Assembly (NCBI GenBank): GCA_031289775.1
Contig: JAITOY010000002.1
Span: 28,337-92,336, forward strand
From: Synergistaceae bacterium
GTDB lineage: Bacteria; Synergistota; Synergistia; Synergistales; Synergistaceae
DNA: 64,000 bases
Direction: 5' to 3'
Within the stretch, counting starts at the first letter, position 1; each line of letters opens with the position of its first letter. Under the pieces are notes generated by a model. The model had not been told where the DNA came from. It worked only from the letters and a program-made list of their open reading frames with translations, and did no database searches. The position numbers and the translations under genes are program-made. Below, piece after piece: positions 18,652 to 25,894 of this stretch.

Positions 18652-19227
18652 ATGGTCGAGCGTGATTGCGGCATCGCGAGGATAGCCTCTGAGATGGGAT
18701 CGTTCCTGCCCGTCGTGATGAGCGAAGCGAGGAAGTTGTCTGGGGGCGACCTTTTCACGAGGGAGGATCTGGTTCAGGAGGGTTTCATAGCCGCGCTTCA
18801 CGCCCTGGACACATACGACCCGAAGCGAGGAAGCATCGAGGGCTACGTTAGAACATGCGCGCGCAACAGAATGATATCGTACCTTCGGCGAAGCTGGCAT
18901 GAATCCCTGATCGATTCGGACGCGCTGAACGAGCGGGCGCCTGTGCCGCCGCCAATCGGCGGCGGCTCGCAGGAGAGGATAGAGATAGGCGAAGCGCTCT
19001 CTAACCTCCTGAAGAGCCTGAGCCAGTTTGAGGCGATAGTGCTTCACGCCTACCTTAGGGGCGGAAGCGTCTCCAGCGCGGCGCTTTTGCTGCAATGCGA
19101 CAGAAAGAGGGTCGACAACGCCCTTCAGAGGATCCGCAACAAGGCGAGGGCTATGCAGGACGAAGACGAGAATGTGGATGGCGAAACCGCGTCCCGGTGC
19201 GCCTCCGAGTCCCGGCAGCAGACGTAA
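18652..19227 (+). CDS. Sigma-70 family RNA polymerase sigma factor (short, with regions 2 and 4 only; ECF/SigH-like)
   Basis: Region 2 is LVQEGFIAALHALDTYDPKRGSIEGYVRTCARNRMISYLRR. Region 4 is an HTH (LSQFEAIVLHAYLRGGSVSSAALLLQCDRKRVDNALQRIRNK). Confidence 0.55.
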   Translation: MVERDCGIARIASEMGSFLPVVMSEARKLSGGDLFTREDLVQEGFIAALHALDTYDPKRGSIEGYVRTCARNRMISYLRRSWHESLIDSDALNERAPVPPPIGGGSQERIEIGEALSNLLKSLSQFEAIVLHAYLRGGSVSSAALLLQCDRKRVDNALQRIRNKARAMQDEDENVDGETASRCASESRQQT

Positions 19228-19247
19228 TTTTATCGAGGTGAGGAGAC

Positions 19248-20111
19248 ATGCGAAAAAATCTTCCGTCAGCGATTCTGGTTTTTATGTTTATTTTCATCTC
19301 ATTCCGATGCGAGGCGGCTCAGCTTTACGGCGACCGGGCTGGCAAGGATGACCCGGTCAGAATCGCCGAGTTTTTAAATTCTCCGGCGATTCAACTGTTG
19401 CTCGTCAGCATTAACACTGTCATTGAGGATGCGGTCGATTCGCCGCCGGCATGGCAAACTCTTTCGGCTCGGACAGAGGAAGAACGGGCCGCGCTGGCAG
19501 CACAGGGAGCTATGATCCCATTCGACCTCGTCCTGACAAGCGACGAGCTCGTCGTCGGCGAGCTTTTCGCGCAGGGCGAGCTGCGGAGCGCATTCCCCAT
19601 TTTCAGCGAGGAGTTGATTTTGGTCGGTCCCTCAGGCGACGTATCCGGTTTGAACGCCGAGGGCATAATGGGAAAAATTTTTTCAGAGGAACTTCATTTC
19701 GTGAACCTCATGTATAACGCGTGGGTTTGGGAGTCCGAGCGGCGTCTCTGGAGCGCGGCCGGCGTCGAGCGCCCTGGCGATAACAAGAACTATATAGAGT
19801 CGAGCCGAAACGACGTCACCGCTCTCTTCCAGGCTGGTGACGAGGGAGCTTACGCGTTGGTCGGCGAGGGGTCGTTCGCGCAGTACTCCGACGCGCAAGG
19901 TGAGGACGCGGCGCTTGTTAAGATAGTTGGCACAGGGATATACAGGAAGTGTTATCTCTGCGTCACGAAAAGCCCCGCTTCCAGACTTCAGCGGGCAGCT
20001 GCCGCAGAAAGCCTCGGCGTCTGGTTCAGGAGCGAGGGCTTCCGCGAGGCGATAGACAACTTCGAAATTGGCGGCGTTAAGGCGTTCAAGTCGGCGCCGC
20101 CGCTCTATTAA
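19248..20111 (+). CDS. Secreted PBP-like (type-2 periplasmic-binding fold, ModA/TupA-like) protein with no adjacent transporter
   Basis: GAGGTGAGGAGA RBS and a signal peptide (LPSAILVFMFIFISFRCEAA). Weak resemblance to molybdate/tungstate-type binding proteins (DLVLTSDELVVGELFAQGEL…LILVGPSG…). No permease or ATPase gene follows it. Confidence 0.35.
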   Translation: MRKNLPSAILVFMFIFISFRCEAAQLYGDRAGKDDPVRIAEFLNSPAIQLLLVSINTVIEDAVDSPPAWQTLSARTEEERAALAAQGAMIPFDLVLTSDELVVGELFAQGELRSAFPIFSEELILVGPSGDVSGLNAEGIMGKIFSEELHFVNLMYNAWVWESERRLWSAAGVERPGDNKNYIESSRNDVTALFQAGDEGAYALVGEGSFAQYSDAQGEDAALVKIVGTGIYRKCYLCVTKSPASRLQRAAAAESLGVWFRSEGFREAIDNFEIGGVKAFKSAPPLY

Positions 20112-20157
20112 AAAAATTAAAAAATCTAAAGCAGGGTTTCCCTGTATATTGGGTGGA

Positions 20158-21048
20158 ATGCAGATGAGGATTGACAAAAAAATAGCAGACGCGCGAACGC
20201 TCTCCTTCGAGGTATTTCCGCCGAAGCCGGAGGCCGACGACGACCTCTCGGGGATAAAAAGGACAATCGCGGAGCTGTCGTCGTCGTCGCCGGATTTTGT
20301 CTCGGTTACGTTTGGCGCTGGCGGAAACAACAGGCCGCGCGCGCTCGATATCGCAAAGATAGTGACGTCGCATGGAATGGTTCCTCTGTCGCACATCACG
20401 GCGGCCGGTTACACGAGGGAGGACGCCTCGCGTCTGCTTGGCTTGCTCAGGGATCTGGGTGTCGAGAACATCCTTGCTCTACGCGGGGACGTCCCGAAGG
20501 ATGTCTCAGAGGAGACCTGCTGGAGGGATTACAGGCGCGCGAGCGAACTGTCGGCGCACGTATCCGAGTTTGGAGCGTTTTGCATAGGCGGGGCCGCCTA
20601 TCCAGAGGGTCATCAGCATAGCGTCTCCACTGAGATGGATATCAGGTTCATGAAGGAGAAGGTAGAATCTGGCGTATCTTTTTTCATCACACAGTTGTTT
20701 TTCGACAACGACGCGTTCTTTCGTTTCGCTGAAAGGGTGGCCGGCGTCCTGGACACGCCGGTTATAGCCGGGATAATGCCGGTTTTTAGGGCGTCGCAGA
20801 TAACGCGCGTCATCGAGATATCGGGGTGCCGGGCGCCTGAAAAATTATCCAGCCTTCTCGATAAGTACATGGATGACGACGACTCGATGAGAGAGGCCGG
20901 GATCGACTATGCGGTAGAGCAGATAAACGGACTGTGGAGCGCCGGGACGAGGGGCGTGCATATTTATACCATGAACAGGTCGCGGGAGATTCTCGAGATA
21001 TTGAAACGCTGTGATTTGCCCGGCAGGGGCGAATCTGTCCAACGATAA
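20158..21048 (+). CDS. metF: 5,10-methylenetetrahydrofolate reductase
   Basis: …LSFEVFPPK…VSVTFGAGG…ILALRGD…FFITQLFFD are MetF hallmarks. The start is taken at ATG 20158 (MQMRIDKK). The ORF-track start of 20068 overlaps the preceding gene. Confidence 0.8.
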   Translation: MQMRIDKKIADARTLSFEVFPPKPEADDDLSGIKRTIAELSSSSPDFVSVTFGAGGNNRPRALDIAKIVTSHGMVPLSHITAAGYTREDASRLLGLLRDLGVENILALRGDVPKDVSEETCWRDYRRASELSAHVSEFGAFCIGGAAYPEGHQHSVSTEMDIRFMKEKVESGVSFFITQLFFDNDAFFRFAERVAGVLDTPVIAGIMPVFRASQITRVIEISGCRAPEKLSSLLDKYMDDDDSMREAGIDYAVEQINGLWSAGTRGVHIYTMNRSREILEILKRCDLPGRGESVQR

Positions 21049-21208
21049 ATCATGCTCTTTTTGTCCAGAAAATTGCCGCTGTTTAAAAAGTCCGGAGGGG
21101 TTATTATATTGCTTGCCGCGGACGGGGAGATCGAGGGCTGCGGCGTGACGTGACCGAGGGGCGCCGGACGCGCGCTCCCGCCTTTTTAGCTCGCGGAGGG
21201 GCTTTGAG

Positions 21209-21874
21209 ATGACGATCAGCATCGTTATAGCGGACGACCACCCGCTCACGAGATCTGGACTCGCAGAGTGGATAAAAAAGAACGCGAATTTCACGCTAGC
21301 CGCCGAGGTGGAGGACGGGATCTCGGCGTGGGCCGTTATAGAGGCGCAGCGTCCGGATATCGCTCTGCTCGACATCCAGATGCCAGGCGAGAATGGTATA
21401 GCTGTAGCCCAGAGGATAAAGGATCTCGGATTCGCGACAAGGCCGATAATGCTCACATCCTTCAACGCCCAGCCCTACGTGATGGCGTCGCTGCGCGCAG
21501 GGGCGATGGGTTTCGTACTGAAGACGACGGCCGTTCGAGAGCTGGAGGTCGCAATAAAACAGGTCATGAGCGGCGGGTTTTACCTCGATTCGCAGGTAGC
21601 GGGAATACTCGGCGACAGGGGAGTGGTTCCGGAGTCTCTCTCCGTTCGCGAGAGAGAGGTGCTCCTCGTAACGTCGAAGGGCTTCTCCATCAAGGAGATA
21701 GCGGCCAAACTATGCATAACGGAGAGGACGGTTCAGGCGCATCTGACGTCCGTTTACTCGAAGTTCGGGTGCAGGGGCAAGGGCGAAGCGCTGCTCGTGG
21801 CGCTGAAGCACGGCATTATCACTATAGATGAGCTTCTTGAAGGCACGTCTCTCGACGAGGCGCCGGCCCAGTGA
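21209..21874 (+). CDS. Two-component response regulator, NarL/FixJ (LuxR-HTH) family
   Basis: The REC domain has the acidic pocket and phospho-Asp (IVIADDHPL…IALLDIQMPGENG). The C-terminal LuxR HTH is LSVREREVLLVTSKGFSIKEIAAKLCITERTVQAHL. Confidence 0.8.
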   Translation: MTISIVIADDHPLTRSGLAEWIKKNANFTLAAEVEDGISAWAVIEAQRPDIALLDIQMPGENGIAVAQRIKDLGFATRPIMLTSFNAQPYVMASLRAGAMGFVLKTTAVRELEVAIKQVMSGGFYLDSQVAGILGDRGVVPESLSVREREVLLVTSKGFSIKEIAAKLCITERTVQAHLTSVYSKFGCRGKGEALLVALKHGIITIDELLEGTSLDEAPAQ

Positions 21875-23346
21875 TTCGCAGAAAGCTTTTGACTATATTG
21901 TTCATCTGCATCCTTCTGCCGGTCGTAATAACCCTCGTCGAGTCGACGAGGGCGATAATATCGCAAAAAAACGCAATGACCAGCATATCTGGCGCTTACG
22001 TCAGGAATCTCTCCAACTTCGCAGCCGACAGGTGGAACGAGGGCAACGCCGAGCGGATAACCTCCTTTTTGTCGCTCGTTGCCGACAACGGCTACGATAC
22101 ACTTGTGTCCGTCAGGAACACTCCGGAGGCGCCGCCTGGGCCGCTGAGCCTGAACGCCAGGACGATGCGCGAGAAGCTCATCCCTGGTCTTGTCGCCTAT
22201 GTGAGCGGGAGCGGGCGGCTCATATCCTGCTCCCAGAACGCGGCCATACTTCTCAATATTTTCCCTCGCGCCCCGCTTGTTGCGTCAGGGAACAGGTTTT
22301 CGCGGGGAGGCGGCATCATAAGCAAGTTCAGGGTGGGCAAGGAGGATATAACCTACGTCGCGCATGTCACGCCGACAAAGGATCCGAGTGTCTACGCGGT
22401 CGCTGCAGTTACGATGCTGAGCTGGATGGGGCGCAACGACTTCAACCTCATCAGACTCGCTACGGCGGGAACGCTCTCGATGATAATGTGCCTCCTCGGA
22501 CTGCTGCTTCTGCGACGGTCAGTCATTATTCCTCTTCAGGCTCTTTCGGCGCAGGTGGAGACACTAGAATGGGGCAGACAGTCGCCGCCTGACGAGGGCA
22601 AAGCCAGGACCGCGATGCAGGTGGAGGAGATATCCTCGCTTAAAAAGGCAATATTCGACCTTGCCTTGAGGATGATAGAGAAGGGGGAGCTGGAGAAACG
22701 ATATATGCGCGACATCATGAAGGCCCAAGAGCATGAGCGCGGAAGAATCGCGCAGGATATTCACGACGGCCCCATACAAGTTGCCTCCGCTCTGATACAG
22801 AGGATACAGATGGCTAATTTAGGGGCAGGCGACATGGAGGACGAAACGCGTCGGCAACTCGTCACGGCAGAGAGCGTGGCACAGGATCTCGTGAAGGATC
22901 TCCGCGACGTCTGCGACTCGCTCGTGCCTCCCTGGGTGTCGCTGGGCATCGTCTCGTGCATGGAGGAGTCGGCGAGCCGTTTTGAGCGGCTGTACTCCAT
23001 TGAGATAAACCTGAACATCGACCAGTCTATAGACATTCCTCTGGAGCAGACGCTGGCGTTCTTCAGGGTTTTTCAGGAGGCTGTCTCGAACGCCGTCCGT
23101 CACGGCGGTGCGACAGAGGTGGAAATGGAACTGCTCCGGCGTGAAGACGGGGATGGCGTGATATTTCAGGTGAGCGACAACGGCAGAGGTTTTGACCTTT
23201 TTGACCTTGTCGGGAGGATGGAGGCGCTTCGTCTCGAGGGGAAAAGGGGTCTGAACGGAATGAGGCAGCGTGCGGAGCTGCTCGGGGGTAAGTTTGGGCT
23301 CGTCTCAAGCACGGGGAAAGGAACTTCGATTACCATAACAATCTGA
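21871..23346 (+). CDS. Sensor histidine kinase, NarX/LiaS-type (HisKA_3 plus HATPase_c)
   Basis: It has a 4-nt overlap with the response regulator gene. Two TM segments flank a periplasmic region. The H-box is HERGRIAQDIHDG. The ATPase N, G1 and G2 boxes are …AVRHGGAT…VSDNGRGF…GLNGMRQRAELLGG. Confidence 0.75.
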   Translation: MIRRKLLTILFICILLPVVITLVESTRAIISQKNAMTSISGAYVRNLSNFAADRWNEGNAERITSFLSLVADNGYDTLVSVRNTPEAPPGPLSLNARTMREKLIPGLVAYVSGSGRLISCSQNAAILLNIFPRAPLVASGNRFSRGGGIISKFRVGKEDITYVAHVTPTKDPSVYAVAAVTMLSWMGRNDFNLIRLATAGTLSMIMCLLGLLLLRRSVIIPLQALSAQVETLEWGRQSPPDEGKARTAMQVEEISSLKKAIFDLALRMIEKGELEKRYMRDIMKAQEHERGRIAQDIHDGPIQVASALIQRIQMANLGAGDMEDETRRQLVTAESVAQDLVKDLRDVCDSLVPPWVSLGIVSCMEESASRFERLYSIEINLNIDQSIDIPLEQTLAFFRVFQEAVSNAVRHGGATEVEMELLRREDGDGVIFQVSDNGRGFDLFDLVGRMEALRLEGKRGLNGMRQRAELLGGKFGLVSSTGKGTSITITI

Positions 23347-23405
23347 CAGGCGCTCTCGCATTCATGGGGCGCACCCGGATATCCCGGAGTGAAAGGACGA
23401 CGCGC

Positions 23406-24413
23406 ATGATATTCATCAGCCATGCCGAGAGAGACGCGCCTCTGGCGGCAGCTCTCAAAAATTTTTTTGCGGAATGTATCGATGTTGCGCCGAAAAAAAT
23501 ATTTTGCACATGCATTCATGATCCGGAGCAGACGGACAACGAGTTGCCTTATGGGCGGTTGAAGGAGGAAATCTCCGAGAGCAGCATCGTCTTCGCCATA
23601 GTGACGCAGGATGGAGTCTCGTCCGGCAGCGTCCTTTTCGAGCTAGGCGCGGCGTGGATACTCGCAAATGGCATTTTTTTAATCTGTCTCGACGGTTCTG
23701 ACTTTCGTGATCTTCCGGGGCCGCTCAGCGCTTTCCCTTGCGTAGACGTCGAGGACAAGGACGCCGCGATCCGCATTATGGGCATGTGTCGTGACGCGGC
23801 CGCCGCCCTTGGAGTTGGGATAAAAAGAGGACCTAAAGTCGTCTCTTCGCTGACGGATGTTCTTGACTCGATCGCAAACCGCAAGAAGGATGACGACGCC
23901 GAATACGAATACGAAGACGAAGACGAAGACGAAGACGAAGACGAAGACGAAGAGAGGGACGGCTCTGACGAAGAAACTGGCGAGCGGTATGAAGTTGCCG
24001 AGTGGAGGGGCAGCGACTATTGCGAGATAAGTTTCATGGTCGACGGAATAGGAAGGAAAGATGTCGCGACGGTGCGGATTTTCTGGGACGACGTCTTCAT
24101 GACGATTGCGCAGAACACAAGGAAGTCTCAGGACGAGCCGTTTGTGGCAAGCGTGCTGTTGGAGCTGTGCAGAGAGAGAGACCCGGATTTTTCGAAAGCC
24201 CTCAGCTATAGGCTTATGCTGAATCCCGAGATATCTCCGGAGAGCTTCGCCCTTATCATGTCGCGGCTCTCGTCCATGGGTTTCATAGGCCCGTCCCAGC
24301 CGCCCCACACCGTATTCCAAAAGCAAGCTCGCGGGACGTTCTGGAAATTGACCCATGTCGGCGAGGAACACCTGCGTAGCGTGATTGCCGGACGGAGAAA
24401 GCTTCAAATGTGA
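23406..24413 (+). CDS. TIR-like domain protein: N-terminal TIR-like domain, acidic repeat linker, and a C-terminal domain of unknown function
   Basis: AAGGA sits 9 nt upstream of ATG 23406. The N-terminus MIFISHAERDAPLAAALKNFF…SSIVFAIVTQDGVSSGSVLFELGAAW matches the bacterial TIR pattern (vFISYs..D……ivlS..y..S.WC..El). The linker is DDDAEYEYEDEDEDEDEDEDEE, encoded by (GAAGAC)6. I do not recognise the ~150-aa C-terminal domain. The ORF-track start at 23364 is less likely. Confidence 0.5.
   Translation: MIFISHAERDAPLAAALKNFFAECIDVAPKKIFCTCIHDPEQTDNELPYGRLKEEISESSIVFAIVTQDGVSSGSVLFELGAAWILANGIFLICLDGSDFRDLPGPLSAFPCVDVEDKDAAIRIMGMCRDAAAALGVGIKRGPKVVSSLTDVLDSIANRKKDDDAEYEYEDEDEDEDEDEDEERDGSDEETGERYEVAEWRGSDYCEISFMVDGIGRKDVATVRIFWDDVFMTIAQNTRKSQDEPFVASVLLELCRERDPDFSKALSYRLMLNPEISPESFALIMSRLSSMGFIGPSQPPHTVFQKQARGTFWKLTHVGEEHLRSVIAGRRKLQM
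23901..23954 (+). repeat. In-frame hexanucleotide tandem repeat (GAATAC)2(GAAGAC)6(GAAGAG), encoding EYEYEDEDEDEDEDEDEE
   Basis: Read directly from the sequence: gaatacgaatacgaagacgaagacgaagacgaagacgaagacgaagacgaagag. Confidence 0.9.
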
Positions 24414-24527
24414 GTGCCGGACGAACATCCTGCTTACGTCCTAAACGCGAAAAATCGGCGAATGCAATCGGCGGCATAACTATTGACTTATATCCTGTTT
24501 GGCGTAGAATAATCGCTTGTGATGTTT

Positions 24528-24603
24528 GAGCCGTTAGCTCAGTCGGTAGAGCACCGGATTTTTAATCCGGGTGTCCCGGGTTCAACCCCCGGACGGCTCA
24601 CCA
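24528..24603 (+). tRNA. tRNA-Lys (anticodon UUU)
   Basis: The 76-nt cloverleaf has a 7-bp acceptor stem (GAGCCGT/ACGGCTC), a D-arm AGCTCAGTCGGTAGAGC, an anticodon loop aTTTTTAAt (anticodon TTT), a T-arm GGGTTCAACCCCC and an encoded CCA. Confidence 0.85.
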
Positions 24604-24627
24604 AACATCCTTCTAAATCCCTTCAGC

Positions 24628-24703
24628 GGTCCCATCGTCCAGTGGTCTAGGACACCGCCCTTTCAAGGCGGCGACACGGGTTCAAACCCCGTTGGGACCG
24701 CCA
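24628..24703 (+). tRNA. tRNA-Glu (anticodon UUC)
   Basis: The 76-nt sequence GGTCCCATCGTCCAGTGGTCTAGGACACCGCCCTTTCAAGGCGGCGACACGGGTTCAAACCCCGTTGGGACCGCCA closely follows the canonical tRNA-Glu architecture. It has a 7-bp acceptor stem and the anticodon loop C-TTC-AA. Confidence 0.85.
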
Positions 24704-25293
24704 GGTAAAGCCAAGGTCTCACCGCGATTCAGCGTGAGGCCTTTTTCGTGGTGCGTTGCCCACGGGGGTTCCAGCAGGCAAAAATTGTAAGTACAACGAT
24801 CACCCTTTAAGACAATATCAAGAGCAGAGCCGTTTACCTTCGACTCTGAATTTTTAGAAGAAACCGCCGATGACATAAGACCTTTTACATTTTCCATGAT
24901 AAAAAAACGGGGCCGCATGTAATCTATCATTCGTATAAAATCCATAAACAAACTGCCGCAGGGGTCGGCGATACCCTTCCTCTTGCCAGCCGTCGAAAAC
25001 GGCTGGCACGGTGGACCACCGCACACTAAAAACGGCTCTCCTTGTGACAAATTTGCCGCTTCTAATAACTGCTGAGGCTGTAATTTCCTAATGTCACCCT
25101 CTAAAACCTGATGGTTATTAGCTCTCATTGTCGTAACACAAGAATTATCTATATCCTGTCCCACTTTCACTAATAAACCCGCCTGAGATAAGCCAATATC
25201 AAGCCCCATAGCGCCGGAAAAAAGAGAAATAACGTCACGATTCGACGAAATATTATCACGTTGTAAAAACAAGATTTGATACCCCCTTTCCAA
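24682..25293 (-). pseudogene. Truncated DNA (cytosine-5)-methyltransferase with motifs I, IV and VI only
   Basis: The reverse-strand ORF has ISLFSGAMGLDIGL (motif I, FxGxGG-like), GGPPCQPFSTAGKRKG (motif IV PCQ) and IMENVKGL (motif VI ENV). Motif VIII (QxRxR), the target-recognition domain and motifs IX-X are absent. Beyond about 24795 the ORF reads through terminator/intergenic sequence into the tRNA-Glu 3' end. Confidence 0.6.
24715..24746 (+). terminator. Rho-independent terminator downstream of the tRNA pair
   Basis: ggtctcac-(11-nt loop)-gtgaggcc forms an 8-bp stem with one G·U pair, followed by TTTTT. Confidence 0.5.
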
Positions 25294-25426
25294 GGGTCTG
25301 CATAAAAAATTATAGCATTAATCAATAAAGTTTGCCGGAAATGTGCGCGCTATTTTATGGCTTGACGAATTTCCCAAAGTCGGTAAATATTGATGGACGA
25401 GGTTCATGAGAACAGGAGGGATTCGT

Positions 25427-25510
25427 ATGTCGACGCAGACCGTGACGGCAGAGCAGCAGGAGTTACTCGAGATTATAGAGGAGGTGGCATACTATGTCCG
25501 ACATCATTAA
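25427..25510 (+). CDS. Small ORF (27 aa, MSTQTVTAEQQELLEIIEEVAYYVRHH) upstream of and overlapping the next small ORF
   Basis: GGAGGG sits 7 nt upstream of the ATG. Its stop overlaps the next ORF, consistent with translational coupling. It is below the 60-aa cutoff of the ORF track. Confidence 0.2.
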   Translation: MSTQTVTAEQQELLEIIEEVAYYVRHH

Positions 25511-25661
25511 GGATGTTGAACGCACCTGTGCTTATTGCGGCAGGCCCTTGAATAGCCTCGAAATCGGCCATGATTATCTGAACGGCCTTTGCGAGAAGTG
25601 TCATGGCGTTGGAGTATCCGTAAATGCTGCGGCAGATTGGGTGCCTTACGATGGGAATTAA
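25494..25661 (+). CDS. Small zinc-ribbon-like protein (55 aa, CxxC-x17-CxxC)
   Basis: GAGGAGG sits 9 nt upstream of the ATG. The product is MSDIIKDVERTCAYCGRPLNSLEIGHDYLNGLCEKCHGVGVSVNAAADWVPYDGN, with two CxxC knuckles. It lies in the low-GC islet. Confidence 0.3.
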   Translation: MSDIIKDVERTCAYCGRPLNSLEIGHDYLNGLCEKCHGVGVSVNAAADWVPYDGN

Positions 25662-25894
25662 CGATTCGAGCAATCGAGAGTAAATCGGCGTTCCGCGTTT
25701 CTTCACGTCACACTACGTCACCTTCTGGAATTACGAATTATATCGCGGTGGCGCCAGAGAAAAAAGCGCCCCCGCGCTCTTCTCCTAATCGCTTGCGGGT
25801 ATCTGACTTTAGTAACAAAAACGGTCTTTTATTTTTAGGGATGTCTGTTACAATATTCTTACATTGGCGTCGATAGTGCGAGGTGGGGTTTTTC

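Larger units (their letters stand above)
24704..25880. mobile_element. Low-GC islet (remnant of an integrated foreign element) abutting the 3' end of tRNA-Glu
   Basis: Base composition drops sharply, by eye well below the ~60% GC of the flanking genes. The islet holds a truncated dcm-like gene and small ORFs, and tRNA 3' ends are classic integration sites. I saw no integrase and no clear direct repeat of the tRNA 3' end. Confidence 0.4.

Noticed and set aside
21049-21208. GC-rich segment followed by TTTTT after metF, as a possible terminator
   Set aside because: I could not fold a clean stem. The GCGCGC core pairs only partially. I left it unannotated.
24780-25880. Possible inverted or direct repeats delimiting the islet
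   Set aside because: I found only 6-7 bp of complementarity (tgtaag / cttaca) and no duplication of the tRNA-Glu 3' end. That is not significant by eye, so the boundaries remain approximate.
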